From Eledone cirrhosa (Eukaryota): 64,000 nucleotides of DNA. Numbering within the stretch: the first letter of the stretch is position 1; each line of letters begins with the position of its first letter. The stretch covers positions 65,038,001-65,102,000 of the forward strand of contig OZ024744.1 in NCBI GenBank assembly GCA_964016885.1, read 5' to 3'. Shown here piece after piece: positions 40,015 to 54,100 of the stretch. The notes below the pieces were generated by a model, which worked only from the letters and a program-made list of their open reading frames with translations, ran no database searches and was not told where the DNA came from. Made by a program: the position numbers and the translations under genes.

Positions 40015-40362
40015 ATCATCATCATCATCATCATCATTTTACGTCCTCTTTTCCCTGCTTGCAAGGGTGGGATGGATCCTATTCAGCACAGCATCTCTCC
40101 ACTTGTCACAGTCCTTCGTCATCTCCTCCGTGAGCTTCAGCGATCTGAGGTCAGCTCTCACCACCTCTGCTGATGGTTTTCGTGATCTTCCTCTACTGCA
40201 TCTTCCTTCGCACTTCTTTACCCAGCGGTCATCCTCCATGTGCATCACATGCCCATACCATTGCAGTCTTCTCTCCCGTACACCACAACTTATCCCTCTT
40301 ATACACAGTTTCTCTCTCAACTCATCTATGCTTGGTCGTTCATGCACATTGACATTGCACAT
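40015..40362 (-). mobile_element. RTE LINE 3' end fragment
   Basis: MCNVNVHERPSIDELREKL..RLQWYGHVMHMEDDRWVKKC plus (CAT)n tail. Confidence 0.92.
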
Positions 40363-41570
40363 TTGAACTACTGGTTACACTGCCAATTTTCACTACAACT
40401 ATCCTTCCTAGAATACATTGACTTCAAACAACATTATCAACCCCACAACAACTAGGTGGACTCTCAGACATATATGTATGTGAATATAATGAAATTGAGA
40501 TGACAAAATAAATTTCTTAAACAATTTAATTGCTTTACAAATGTTTCAATACATCTTATTCAATTAATGCTTATGTTGTTACAATTTAGTAAACAAGGGG
40601 GAAAAATAACAAAGTATTATTAAATATTGTACATCTTAGAAGCAATATAAATGATTATATAATAACCAGAGATTCTGCCCCCTGGTCATAACAGTATCTT
40701 CTGATATACACATTGTGTAGCTGGGAGCAGTAACTAACCCCCCCCCCCCCCCCCCCAGTATCTGAAGCCACAAGAGCAATTAAGGAGCTCAAATGTGGCA
40801 ATAAATATATTTGCTATATATGGAAACTATCATATAATAGACATCACACTGCCCAGACTGTCTTCCTTTATTCTCCTTTCTTACCTTTTCTATGCCTCAG
40901 TGTCATTCTTATTTGCATGTTAGGCTGCAGTCCATATTCTTTTCTGTTATTTCTATTTATTTCCTTTCTATATTTTTTAGCTAAGCCCTCCTGCACCATT
41001 CTCTCCCTTCTTTCACATTGATGCACTTGGGATACTTTTTCATCTTTATTTGTGTAATTCACCTAAAGGCATAAATTGCCCTGTCTTTGTCTTTACCTGT
41101 TTTATTACATCCCAATATGCACTGGAATGAATAGTATCAACCTTAATATACTGAAATTGTAGTGATTTCCAGGGAATGATTGAGGAGATGAAACTGTCTG
41201 TTTTTCTGCTGTTTTTTCCATTGTCTTTGTCCTGTTTTGAATATATGTATGTATATATATATATATATATATATGTGATGCGTTATGTCCTTGAGCAAGA
41301 CACTTTATTTCACGTTGCTCCTTCTACCTGGAGTTGCGACCAATAGATAGTATTAGCAATTGGAAAGACCAACGGAAACATTGTTCCCTCGGTCCGATTT
41401 GACGAAAGTCGATCGTTCCTTTTTTTTTTTTAATATATATATAATGTATGTGATTCAGCGAATTACTGGTGGTGGTACCAAAATGAGCACTCAATGCACA
41501 GGTAAAGCGAATACATTAAGAAAAACAATGAAGTTTCATTTACATGTATTTAGTTTCTTTTTGTGTATGA

Positions 41571-41661
41571 ACCTGTTACATGTGTTTCGCAGAGGATTGG
41601 CTCAAGGTCAGTTAAAGAGGCTATAGTCCTACTCCATTATCGATCTGTTCTTCAGATTGGT
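41571..41661 (-). ncRNA. Hammerhead motif homologous to 3109-3200
   Basis: CTGAAGA-ACAG..ACCTTGAG..CTGC-GAAA-CACATG-TA-ACAGGT; followed by GCATTGAGTGCTC at 41485-41497. Confidence 0.65.
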
Positions 41662-42625
41662 GATTCACCGAAAAAAAAAAAATATATATATATATATATA
41701 TACAAGAGGCAGTGCCCCAGCATGGGCTCAACCGAATGGTTGGGACAGGTGAAAGAGTAAAAAAGTAATATATATATACCAAAAGAGAATATATATATAC
41801 CATTTTCCATGCTAGCATGGGTTAGATGGGTTGTCCATTTAGAGGTAAGTTCGGTCTTGCTCATATAGAACTGTTTCTGGGTTGGTTTCATATATATAAA
41901 ATTAAGCAACCTAACAGTTTACCAACAGCTTAATAACGGTTAATACAAACCCTAGAAAAGATAATTTGTAGATAAAATGTATAATATAATATACCTACTA
42001 TAACAACATGGCCTGTAACTCGGTGGAATTTACATTTAACAAACAAACACCTATTGACTTTAAACGACTCAAAATAATTCCATGGTTAATAGCTGTGAGT
42101 TACAAACATCATATACACATACACACAAAAAGACTTGAGTGAAAATCACCTACCTAACTCTATCACGTGCTTTGCATTACACCTCACATAACATATACCT
42201 ATATTATCACCACATGTCTCTCTAACAAATTGCACGCTATCTTAAACATTTCTAACACTTATAACATGCTTTAACACCCCACACAAAATATGTTTATTTC
42301 AACTGCATTATAACTCTTTCCCCATACATGCCTTATTGATTGTATTGACTCCTGCATTGTACACCCCTAACATTAACTGTTCTCCAATGCTAAGATATCT
42401 TATATCTTATATCTTATGTCTATCCTATCCCACATTTTTCTTTGCTTGTAACTTTTTTGCCTGTACTTTTTGCTTATACCTCTTACACTTTCAACCAGTG
42501 CTGCTTGTAATTGTGTTCTCTCAAGCATAACATTTTTTAAACTCCTGATTTTCCACTAACAACACTTATGTATCCTAAATGTTCTGAATGACTAGGATTT
42601 TAGTCACATGTTTTGACATTCCCTA

Positions 42626-42672
42626 TGCTCCGATGATTCCAGACCTCCCTCTGGAAGAAACAATTGTCAGCA
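42626..42672 (+). ncRNA. Hammerhead motif (U4>C) at the 3' end of PLE remnant ~41900-42800
   Basis: TGCT-CCGATGA-TTCCAGA(6)TCTGGAA-GAAA-CAATTG-TC-AGCA; upstream MACNSVEFTFNKQ (~42010) resembles a PLE RT segment. Confidence 0.72.
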
Positions 42673-42898
42673 AATAAATGTTCTAAACTAAAATATAATC
42701 GTTTTAACACTTTATATCTCAGCTTTGTAAAATACTTGTTAATTTGCATTGAGCATTTTGTCATACCAGTAACCAACTAGTACTTAGTACTACCCTCCAT
42801 ATTTATAATTGTATTAAACATATATAAATATAAATATTCTTATTATTATATAAACACATACATAAATCATTGTTTAACGTCCATTTTCCATGCTAGCA

Positions 42899-43612
42899 TA
42901 TAGTGATTGGTTGTTGGTCAATGTTGGTAGTTGGTTGATTGTATTGTTGTGTTGATTTGTTTGTTGTGTGTGTACTCACTTGTAGCTTGCTGTGTTGTGC
43001 GCTCACTGTTGTGTGATACAGTGTGACCAGAGGTTGCATGTGTGCAGTTAAGTGAGTAAGAGGTCAATAAGATGATGATGATAGTTCCTTGATCACGCAG
43101 AAAATGAATATATATATAAAAGAACCATGATGACATCAAACCACTATAATATTAATTTATTGAAAATAACTCATGCCAGAGTTATATGAAAAATCAACAA
43201 GAATTATGTACGTTATTTGCTTGTTTGTAAAAGTAGAATTAAATTGTATTTACCAAGAAAACTTCATGAACTTCACTGTCTTGGTTAAGAGAGAGACCAA
43301 GAGATAGAGATTGAGTGAGAGTAAGAGAAAGTAAGAGTCTGTAAGACCAGGAGAGAGAGAAAGAGTAAGAGTCTGTAGACCCAAAGGAGTCTGTAGAAAG
43401 CAAATGTTTTACATTGTTACTCTATCAGGAACTGCTCCAAACTGCCTTTTGCTTGGTCTAAGACAGGCTATTTATATCTGTCGCTTCCTCTGTCCCCTGC
43501 CCTGAGAACCACAGGGGTGACCTCGAGAGATTGCCACGCACAGACTTGTTTACGTTAAAAGGTGACTGTTAAATGTCACCAAGGGGTCAAGGTGTCGACA
43601 GATTTCGCTACA
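42899..43612 (-). mobile_element. Solo LTR (Gypsy-like, 4-bp TSD) inserted in a SINE tail
   Basis: Ends T(A)TAGTGA...TCGCTACA; TSD AGCA at 42895-42898 and 43613-43616 restores CCATGCTAGCATGGG; TATAAATA and AATAAA on the minus strand. Confidence 0.8.
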
Positions 43613-43865
43613 AGCATGGGTTAGACGAGTTGTCCCATTAGAGACAAGATGGGTCAGGTGACTATGTCTTGCTTATATAGAACTGTTTCTGGCTTGGTTT
43701 CATACATAAACCACAGTTGACATAAGAAACATTGGGAAAATTTGAAATTTGAAATGTGAATACCCCAAAGCAAATAACCAGAATAAAAATAGTTGATCAC
43801 AATAAAAATAGTTGGGAAATTGGATTAAAGTACCCCTGGTTACAGAAAAGTAATTAGCAGCCAGC

Positions 43866-43939
43866 GGCTCTTTAGCGTGGAGGTTAAGACACCTGTCTGA
43901 CAATATAGAGATGCGAGGTTCAATTCCATGCAGGTGCCT
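43866..43939 (+). pseudogene. tRNA-like sequence (Val-GAC-like loop), degenerate
   Basis: GGCTCTT/AGGTGCC acceptor, TAGCGTGGAGG A-box, CT-GAC-AA loop, GGTTCAATTCC B-box; anticodon stem mismatched. Confidence 0.5.
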
Positions 43940-44056
43940 CTGTTCGCTCTTTACACAAATTTATTAACTATTATTTATAATGATCAACTATTGTAATTAT
44001 GGTTATTTACATCAAGACTCATATTTCAAATATATGTATGTGTGTATATGTATATA

Positions 44057-44395
44057 TATACTTTGGGAGGGTCATGCTGCCAATAAAAATACATGCACTT
44101 GTTGGTTTTCACTTCAATTTATTATAAATTTCCTGTTGGTTGGTTTGATAACTGGATGGTTGTTTATATATTGTCAAAGCTCTTTCGTCACACATTCTGT
44201 GACCTCCTCAGTGACTAGGTTTTTATTTTGTGTCTCTCCTTTGTTCTGTCCTACACCATGGAAATTTATAATAAATTGAAGTGAAAACCAAGAGGTGCAT
44301 GTGTTTTTATTGGCAGCATGACCTCCCAAAGTATAACTATATCTGTTTCAACACAGGTTTTCAGATAAATTTTGCAAAACAAATTAAAAAACGAA
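44057..44395 (-). mobile_element. Fold-back element: ~77-bp inverted repeats enclosing a hammerhead at 44173-44215; related end fragment at 1341-1410
   Basis: Minus strand GTCA-CTGAGGA-GGTCACAGAATGTGTGAC-GAAA-GAGCT-T-TGAC; repeats at 44057-44133 and 44260-44335; ~60-nt extension. Confidence 0.82.
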
Positions 44396-44447
<52 letters not shown>

Positions 44448-44668
44448 CCACCCTTGCAAGCAGGCAAAAGCGGACGTAAAATGATGATGATGATGATGAT
44501 CTATATATACATATATATATAACCATATGAAAAAGATACATGTGTATATAGAGAGAGGAAGAAAGAACCATATATTGTATCTCAACACAATGGTAGCTGT
44601 GGATATTGGCAGGTATATTGATTTATTTACCATCTCCATTCTATATTTACCTTAAAATGGGGAGACTA

Positions 44669-44821
44669 AGCCTCTGAAGAATACCTGAGTCTCATGTGGT
44701 TTAATCATAATCGATAGTTTGTCTTCGATGATTGATTATATTGATTGATTTTTTTCGATGATCGATTACATAGATTGATTTTGAACTACACTCTCCAGGT
44801 ATGAAATAGTACTATAAGGTT
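44669..44821 (+). ncRNA. Canonical type I hammerhead motif with >100-nt loop II
   Basis: AGCCT-CTGAAGA-ATACCTG..CAGGTAT-GAAA-TAGTACTA-TA-AGGTT; palindromic stem III ATAGTACTAT; predicted cut after 44816. Confidence 0.85.
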
Positions 44822-45977
44822 TCATTGATGGTTCCACCTGTGTACATATTCTTCTATAAAATATGTATTTGGTATATATACAATATACCATGTTTCTTAT
44901 ACATCTCTCTCTCTCTATATAAACATATATTTTTCCATTTGGTTATGTAGTGACGTACATTCCGTGGGCTCTGATACATTCTCCGTGTGTTATTTGGCTC
45001 AGCCCAACCAATGACTGCCAGCGGAGGAGAATGTATCTCTACGCGCCCTGAGGGAAAAATTCCCGCGTTGATTTGAGAAATCTGCCTCTTGCAGCCTGAC
45101 CATCGAAAGGTAAACAACTACTTTTCTTTCGCCGTGAAATCACTGGCAAATATGTAACACAACAATTTAACCACGGCCTGGCAACACTTCAACCAGTAGA
45201 CCGTGCCTTCTGAAATCTTAATTCGTTTGTTTCATTTCTCTTGTCATGTCAGCTCTACTTGGCTCTACTTGGCTCTACTCAGCTCTACTCAGCTTAACCT
45301 TTGTTAATAAATAACATAAAAACATGCTAACGTCGTTGTTGATATTCCTATCAACTTTCTACCAAACTGGTTACTCATGGCGCTATAACTATTACATCAC
45401 TACTTCTATAACTCTGCTAAACTGATAACTATAATAGGACTACTACATCTATATAATACTGCTAAGACCGAGGAGTATATAAGTATGAAATGCTCCTTTA
45501 AAATATATATATACATCAACCACATACTTCCTGTTAAAGTTACTATGATTCTAGATAAAGTCTACTGAGCTTGCTTATTGAGAAACACAAAATTCTAAAC
45601 ATATTATATATGTTTTGATTCATTGTTTATACATACATATATATATATACCTATATATATATCATCATCATCATCATCGTTTAACGTCCATTTTCCACAC
45701 TAGCATGGGTCTGGATGGGAATTGTCCCACTTGAGGCAAGATTGGTTGTCTTGCTCAGGACTATCTGGCAGGTTTTCTACGGCTGGATGCCCTTCCTAAC
45801 ACCAACCACGTTTACAGTGTGGACTGGGAGGTTTTTACCGTGTTACCTACACGGCCACATTACAGCATCGACTGTGTGTTTTTTTGTCGTGACACCTACA
45901 CGACTTCATTTATTTAGGACTGGATGTTGTGGTACCAACATAGCTTTACATCGAAATATATATATATATATATATAT

Positions 45978-46360
45978 TTGGGTTTGTTGGTTCACCACTG
46001 GATAGAACTGGTCATTCTGTGTGGTCAGCCATGATGTAATGTTATGGAAAGCACTCAACGTAATGCAACCATCCGTCAGCGTTTGTGTAGTTGGTGGTGC
46101 GAGAACGGAGTTAATTATTACAAAATAACAGGAAGCATGTTCAGGTGTTTAAATTAGAGACAAGAGAGCGACCGGTATTTTAGCAGCTTGTAGCTGCGTC
46201 GTCCGCCCTTGAGGAATTTTTATCTGCTATATTCCTTCGTTATATTTTGAATTACCTGATGATGTCACTGGATTCAAACTGAACCCGGTCATTGAAATGA
46301 TCGTAGTATAATAAACCATTCAAGGATTTACACCAGAACATGCCTCCTGTTATTTTGTAA
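45978..46360 (+). mobile_element. Fold-back element (inverted repeats 46118-46148 and 46330-46360) with hammerhead at 46253-46308
   Basis: TAC-CTGATGA-TG..TGGATTCA-AAC-TGAACCCG..-GAAA-TGATCG-TA-GTA; left extension with AAGCACTCAACG. Confidence 0.75.
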
Positions 46361-46367
46361 CATATAT

Positions 46368-46433
<66 letters not shown>

Positions 46434-46583
46434 CAACATTTAATATAGTAATGGCTTCTATAGGACTAGAACTGTTTCATTTGAAGGAAATAATTAAGTA
46501 TATGAATATATATATAAATATATGTATATATATATTTGCATATATATATTTATATGTATGTATATATACATATGTATGTATGT

Positions 46584-46682
<99 letters not shown>

Positions 46683-46993
46683 TCCACATGAGTATATATG
46701 TATTTGTTAGATGTGCCTGTATAAGTTTACTAATGGCCAACATATATATCCATCCATTGCTGCTGTTAACAACAACAACAACAACACCAACAACAGCAAC
46801 CCACTGTAATGTGGGGGTGGCGAGTAATGTGATGATTGGTTATTTGAGCTTCATTGGTATGTCTATTTACTAATGGCATCAACAGTGTATTTGGTGAACT
46901 CTTTAAAACTGAGGTTGATATATATAAGGTGTGAAAGATATATATATATATATATATATACAATATATTAACAAATGGAAACTATATTTATAA

Positions 46994-47027
<34 letters not shown>

Positions 47028-47100
47028 TATATATATATATATCTTTCACACCTTATATATCAACCTCAGTTTTAAAGAGTATATATATATATATACACAT

Positions 47101-47185
<85 letters not shown>

Positions 47186-47215
47186 TATATACATACACAT
47201 ATATATATATATATG

Positions 47216-47251
<36 letters not shown>

Positions 47252-47412
47252 TATACTGTAAATCTGACCAGCAATCCGCCCCACTGCCATGCCACAGGCA
47301 ACAGTAACTAAACACTTTGGCAGTATTTATTTCGAAATAGTTCTCGACCACTAATTCACAGAGTACATATATAATACTTACATATATCATATGTGTGGGT
47401 GTATACACACAG

Positions 47413-47488
<76 letters not shown>

Positions 47489-48109
47489 TCCAGATAATCA
47501 GCTAAAAACATTAGTCCAGTAATTTTGCCAAAGAAACTAATAAAAATGTTCATTCCTCCAGATTATCTGTGATACACATTATTTATATTTTCATTTTCAT
47601 TTTTTTTAACAGTTAAATGAAAAACATTACTTTTCTTTTTTTTCCCCTTTCTTCTATTTCCTCTAATATTATAATTTCCAATCAGGTTTAATCAATTACC
47701 CCCATTCAAAAAAGATAAAATAGTAAAAAATAATAAAAAGTAAAAATATAAAATAATTAAAAAAAAAAAAAAAAAAAGAAATTAACCTTTTAACACCAGT
47801 GTTATATTCATTTCAGTTCCTGCCAGAATTTAACTTCTTCCTGTATTCAGTCCTTACCTGTTTATTTTTTATGTTCTAAATAATCTTTAATTCTCATTAA
47901 GGGTTAAAACTTCTGATCTGACAGAAACAAAATTAGGATTTCACCATCACATGGCATGCCACAACTACCATACCACACCCATAAAATATATCCTAACTCC
48001 CACTTTACACATCACTGGAGCTGACTCCCACATCATACAAACTTACAATTTTGTTGTAATACACTCTACCCTATACAGTATGTTCTTTCAGTAATACACA
48101 GTACAACAA

Positions 48110-51100
48110 AATATGTCCATACTACCACATTACACCACCTCGCAACATGTCATGATACTACCACACTACATCACCACACAACATGTCATGATACTTCACA
48201 CTACACCACCTCGCAACATGTCATGATACTACCACACTACAATACCACACAACATGTCATGATACTACCACACTACACTACCTCAAAACATGTCATGATA
48301 CTACCACACTACACCTCACAACATGTCATGATACTACCACACTACACCTCACAACATGTCATGATACTACCACACTACACCACCTCACAAGATGTCATGA
48401 TACTAACACACTACACCACACAACATGTCATGATACTACCACACTACACCACCTCACAACATGTCATGATACTTCACACTACACCACCTCACAACATGTC
48501 ATGAGACTACCACACTACACCACCTCACAACATGTCATGATACTACCACAGTACACCACACAACATGTCATGATACTACCACACGACACCACCTCCCAAC
48601 ATGTCATGATACTACCACACTACACCACCACACAACATGTCATGATACTACCACACTACACCACACAACATGTCATGATACTACCACACTACACCACCTC
48701 CCAACATGTCATGATACTACCACACTACACCACGACACAACATATCATGATACTACCACACTACACCACCTCCCAACATGTCATGAGACTACCACACTAC
48801 ATCACCTCCGATCATGTCATGATACTACCACACTACACCACACAACATGTCATGATACTACCACACTACACCACCTCCCAACATGTCATAATACTACCAC
48901 ACTACACCACCACACAACATATCATGATACTACCACACTACACCACCTCCCAACATGTCATGATACTACCACACTACACCACCACACAACATATCATGAT
49001 ACTACCACACTACATCACCTCCCAACATGTCATGATACTACCACACTACACCACCACACAACATGTCATGATACTACCACACTACATCACCTCCCAACAT
49101 GTCATGATACTACCACACTACACCACCTCCCAACATGTCATGATACTACCACACTACACTATCTCACAACATGTCATTATACTAACACACTACATCACCT
49201 CCCAACATGAAATGATACTACCACACTACACCACCTCGCAACATGTCATGATACTACCACACTACACCACCTCACAACATGTCATGATACTACCACACTA
49301 CACCACCTCACAACATGTCATGATACTACCACACTACACAACCTCCCAACATGTCATGATACTACCACACTACACCACCTCACAACATGTCGTGATACTA
49401 CCACACTACATCACACACATGTCATGTTACTACCACACTACACCACACAACATGTCATGATACAACCACACTACACCACCACACAACATGTCATGATACT
49501 ACCACACTACACCACCTCCCAACATGTCATGATACTACCACACTACACCACCTCCTAACATGTCATAATACTAGCTCACTATACCACATAACATGTCATG
49601 ATATACCACACTACACCACCACACAACATGTCATGATACTACCACACTACACTACACCTCACAACATGTCATGATACTACCACACTACACTACCACACAA
49701 CATGTCATGATACTACCACACTACACTACACCACACAACATGTCATGATACTACCACACTACACCACCTCACAACATGTCATGATACTACCACACTACAC
49801 CACACAACATGTCATGATACTACCACACTACACCACCACACAACATGTCATAATACTACCACACTACACCACATCACAACATGTCATGATACTACCACAC
49901 TACACTACACCTCACAACATGTCATGATATACCACACTACACCATACAACATGTCATGATACTACCACACTACATCACACACATGTCATGTTACTACCAC
50001 ACTACACCACACAACATGTCATGATACAACCACACTACACCACCACACAACATGTCATGATACTACCACACTACACCACCTCCCAACATGTCATGATACT
50101 ACCACACTACACCACCTCCTAACATGTCATAATACTAGCTCACTATACCACATAACATGTCATGATATACCACACTACACCACCACCCAACATGTCATGA
50201 TACTACCACACTACACTACACCACACAACATGTCATGATACTACCACACTACACCACCTCACAACATGTCATGATACTACCACACTACACTACCTCACAA
50301 CATGTCATGATACTACCACACTACACCACCTCACAACATGTCATGATACTACCACACTACATCACCTCACAACAAGTCATGATACTACCACACTACACCA
50401 CCACACAACATGTCATAATACTACCACACTACATCACCTCCCAACATGTCACGATACTACTGCACTACACCACCTCACAACATGTCATGATACTACCACA
50501 CTACACCATACAACATGTCATGATACTACCACACTACACCACACAACATGTCATGATACTACCACACTACACCACCACACAACATGTCATAATACTACCA
50601 CACTACACCACCTCACAACATGTCATGATACTACCACACGACACCACCTCCCAACATGTCATGATACTACCACACTACACCACCACACAACATATGATAC
50701 TAACACACTACACCACCTCACAACATGTCATGATACTAACACACTACACCACCTCCCAACATGTCATGATACTACCACACTACACCATACAACATGTCAT
50801 GATACTACCACACTACACCACCTCACAACATGTCATGATACTACCACACTACACTATCTCACAACATGTCATGATACTACTACATCACACCACACAACAT
50901 ATCATGATACTACCACACTACACCACCTCACAACATGTCATGATACTACCACACTACATCACCTCCCAACATGTCATGATACTACCACACTACACCACCA
51001 CACAACATATCATGATACTACCACACTACACCACCTCACAACATGTCATGATACTACCACACTACACCACCTCCCAACATGTCATGATACTACCACAATA

Positions 51101-54100
51101 TACCACCTCACAACATGTCATGATACTACAACAAAACACCACCTCCCAACATGTCACGATACTACCACACTACACCACCTCACAACATGTCATGATACTA
51201 CCACACTACACCACCTCCCAACATGTCATGATACTACCACACTACACCACCTCCCAACATGTCATGATACTACCACACTACACTATCTCACATGTCATGA
51301 TACTACCACACTACACCACCTCCCAACATGTCATGATACTACCACACTACACCACCTCCCAACATGTCATGATACTACCACACTACACTATCTCACATGT
51401 CATGATACTACCACACTACACCATACAACATGTCATGATACTACCACACTACACCACACAACATGTCATGATACTACCACACTACATCACCTCGCAACAT
51501 GTCATTATACTACCACACTACACCACCTCGCAACATGTCATGATACTACCACACTACACTACCTCACAACATGTCATGATACCACCACACTACACCACCT
51601 CACAACATGCCATGATACTACCACACTACACCACCTCCCAACATGTCATGATACTACCACACTACACCATACAACATGTCATGATACTACCACACTACAT
51701 CACATCCCAACATGTCATGATACTACCACACTACACCACCACACAACATATCATGATACTACCACACTACACCAACTCCCAACATGTCATGATACTACCA
51801 CACTACACCACCACACAACATATCATGATACTACCACACTACACCACCTCACAACATGTCATGATACTACCACACTACACCACAACACAACATATCATGA
51901 TACTACCTCACTACATCACCTCCCAACATGTCATGATACTACCACACTACATCACCTCGCAACATGTCATGATACTACCACACTATAACACCACACAACA
52001 TATTATGATACTACCACACTACATCACCTCCCAACATGTCATGATACTACCACACTACACTATCTCACAACATGTCATTATACTAACACACTACACCACC
52101 ACACAACATATTATGATACTACAACACTACATCACCTCCCAACATGTCATGATACTACCACACTACACTACCACACAACATGTCATGATACTACAACACT
52201 ACACCACCACACAACATATCATGATACTACCACACTACATCACCTCCCAACATGTCATGATACTACCACACTACACTACCACACTACATGTCATGATACT
52301 ACCACACTACACCACCTCCCAACATGTCATGATACTACCACACTACACGATCTCACAACATGTCATTATACTAACACACTACACCACCACACAACATGTC
52401 ATTATACTAACACACTACACCACCTCACAACATGTCATGATACTACCACACTACATAACCTCCCAACATGTCACGATACTACCACACTACACCACCTCCC
52501 AACATGTCATGATACTACCACACTACACCACCTCACAACATGTCATGATACTACCACACTACACCACCTCACAACATGTCATGATACTACCACACTACAC
52601 CACCTCCCAACATGTCATGATACTACCACACTACACCACCTCACAACATGTCATGATACTACCACACTACATCACACACATGTCATGATACTACCACACT
52701 ACATCACACACATGTCATGATACTACCACACTACACCACCTCGCAAGATGTCATGATACTACCACACTACACTACCTCACAACATGTCATAATACTACCA
52801 CACCACACCTCACAACATGTCATGATACTACCACACTACACCACCTCACAACATGTCATGATACTAACACACTACACCACCACACAACATATCATGATAC
52901 TACCACACTACACCACCTCACAACATGTCATGATACTACCACACTACACCAACTCCCAACATGTCATGATACTACCACACTACACCACCTCACAACATGT
53001 CATGATACTACCACACTACACCTCACAACATGTCATGATACTACCACACTACACAATACCACACAACATATCATGATACGACCACACTACATCACCTCCC
53101 AACATGTCATGATACTACCACACTACACCACGACACAACATGTCATGATACTACCACACTACACCACCACACAACATATCATGATACTACCACCCTACAC
53201 CACCTCCCAACATGTCATGATACTACCACACTACACTACCACACAACATGGCATGTTACGACCACACTACATCACCTCCCAACATGTCATGATACTACCA
53301 CACTACACCACACAACATGTCATGATACTACCACACTACACCACCTCCCAACATGTCATGATACTACCACACTACACCACCTCCCAACATGTCATGATAC
53401 TACCACACTACACCACCTCACAACATGTCATGATACTACCACACTACACCACCTCCCAACATGTCATGATACTACCACACTACACCACCTCCCTAACATG
53501 TCATGATACTACCACACTACACTACCTCACAACATGTCATGATATTACCACACTACATCACACAACATGTCATAATACTACCACACTACACCACCTCACA
53601 ACATGAAATGATACTACCACACTACACCACACAACATGTCATGATACTACCAGACTACACCACCTCACAACATGTCATGATACTACCACACTACACAACC
53701 TCACAACATGTCATGATACTACCACACTCAACCACACAACATGTCATGATACTACCACACTACACTACCTCACAACGTGTCATGATACTACCACACTACA
53801 CCTCACAACATGTCATGATACTACCACACAACACCACACAACATGACATGATACTACCACACTACACCACCACACAACATATCATGATACTAACACACTA
53901 CACCACCTCCCAACATGTCATGATACTACCACACTACACCATACAACATGTCATGATACTACCACACTACATCACCTCCCAACATGTCATGATACTACCA
54001 CACTACACCACCACACAACATATCATGATACTACCACACTACAGCACCTCCCAACATGTCATGATACTACCAAACTACATCACTTCGCAACATGTCATTA

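Noticed and set aside
46898-47080. 42-bp inverted repeat around a TA tract as a MITE
   Set aside because: No recognisable TIR signature, TSD or ribozyme; probably another fold-back remnant but unassignable.
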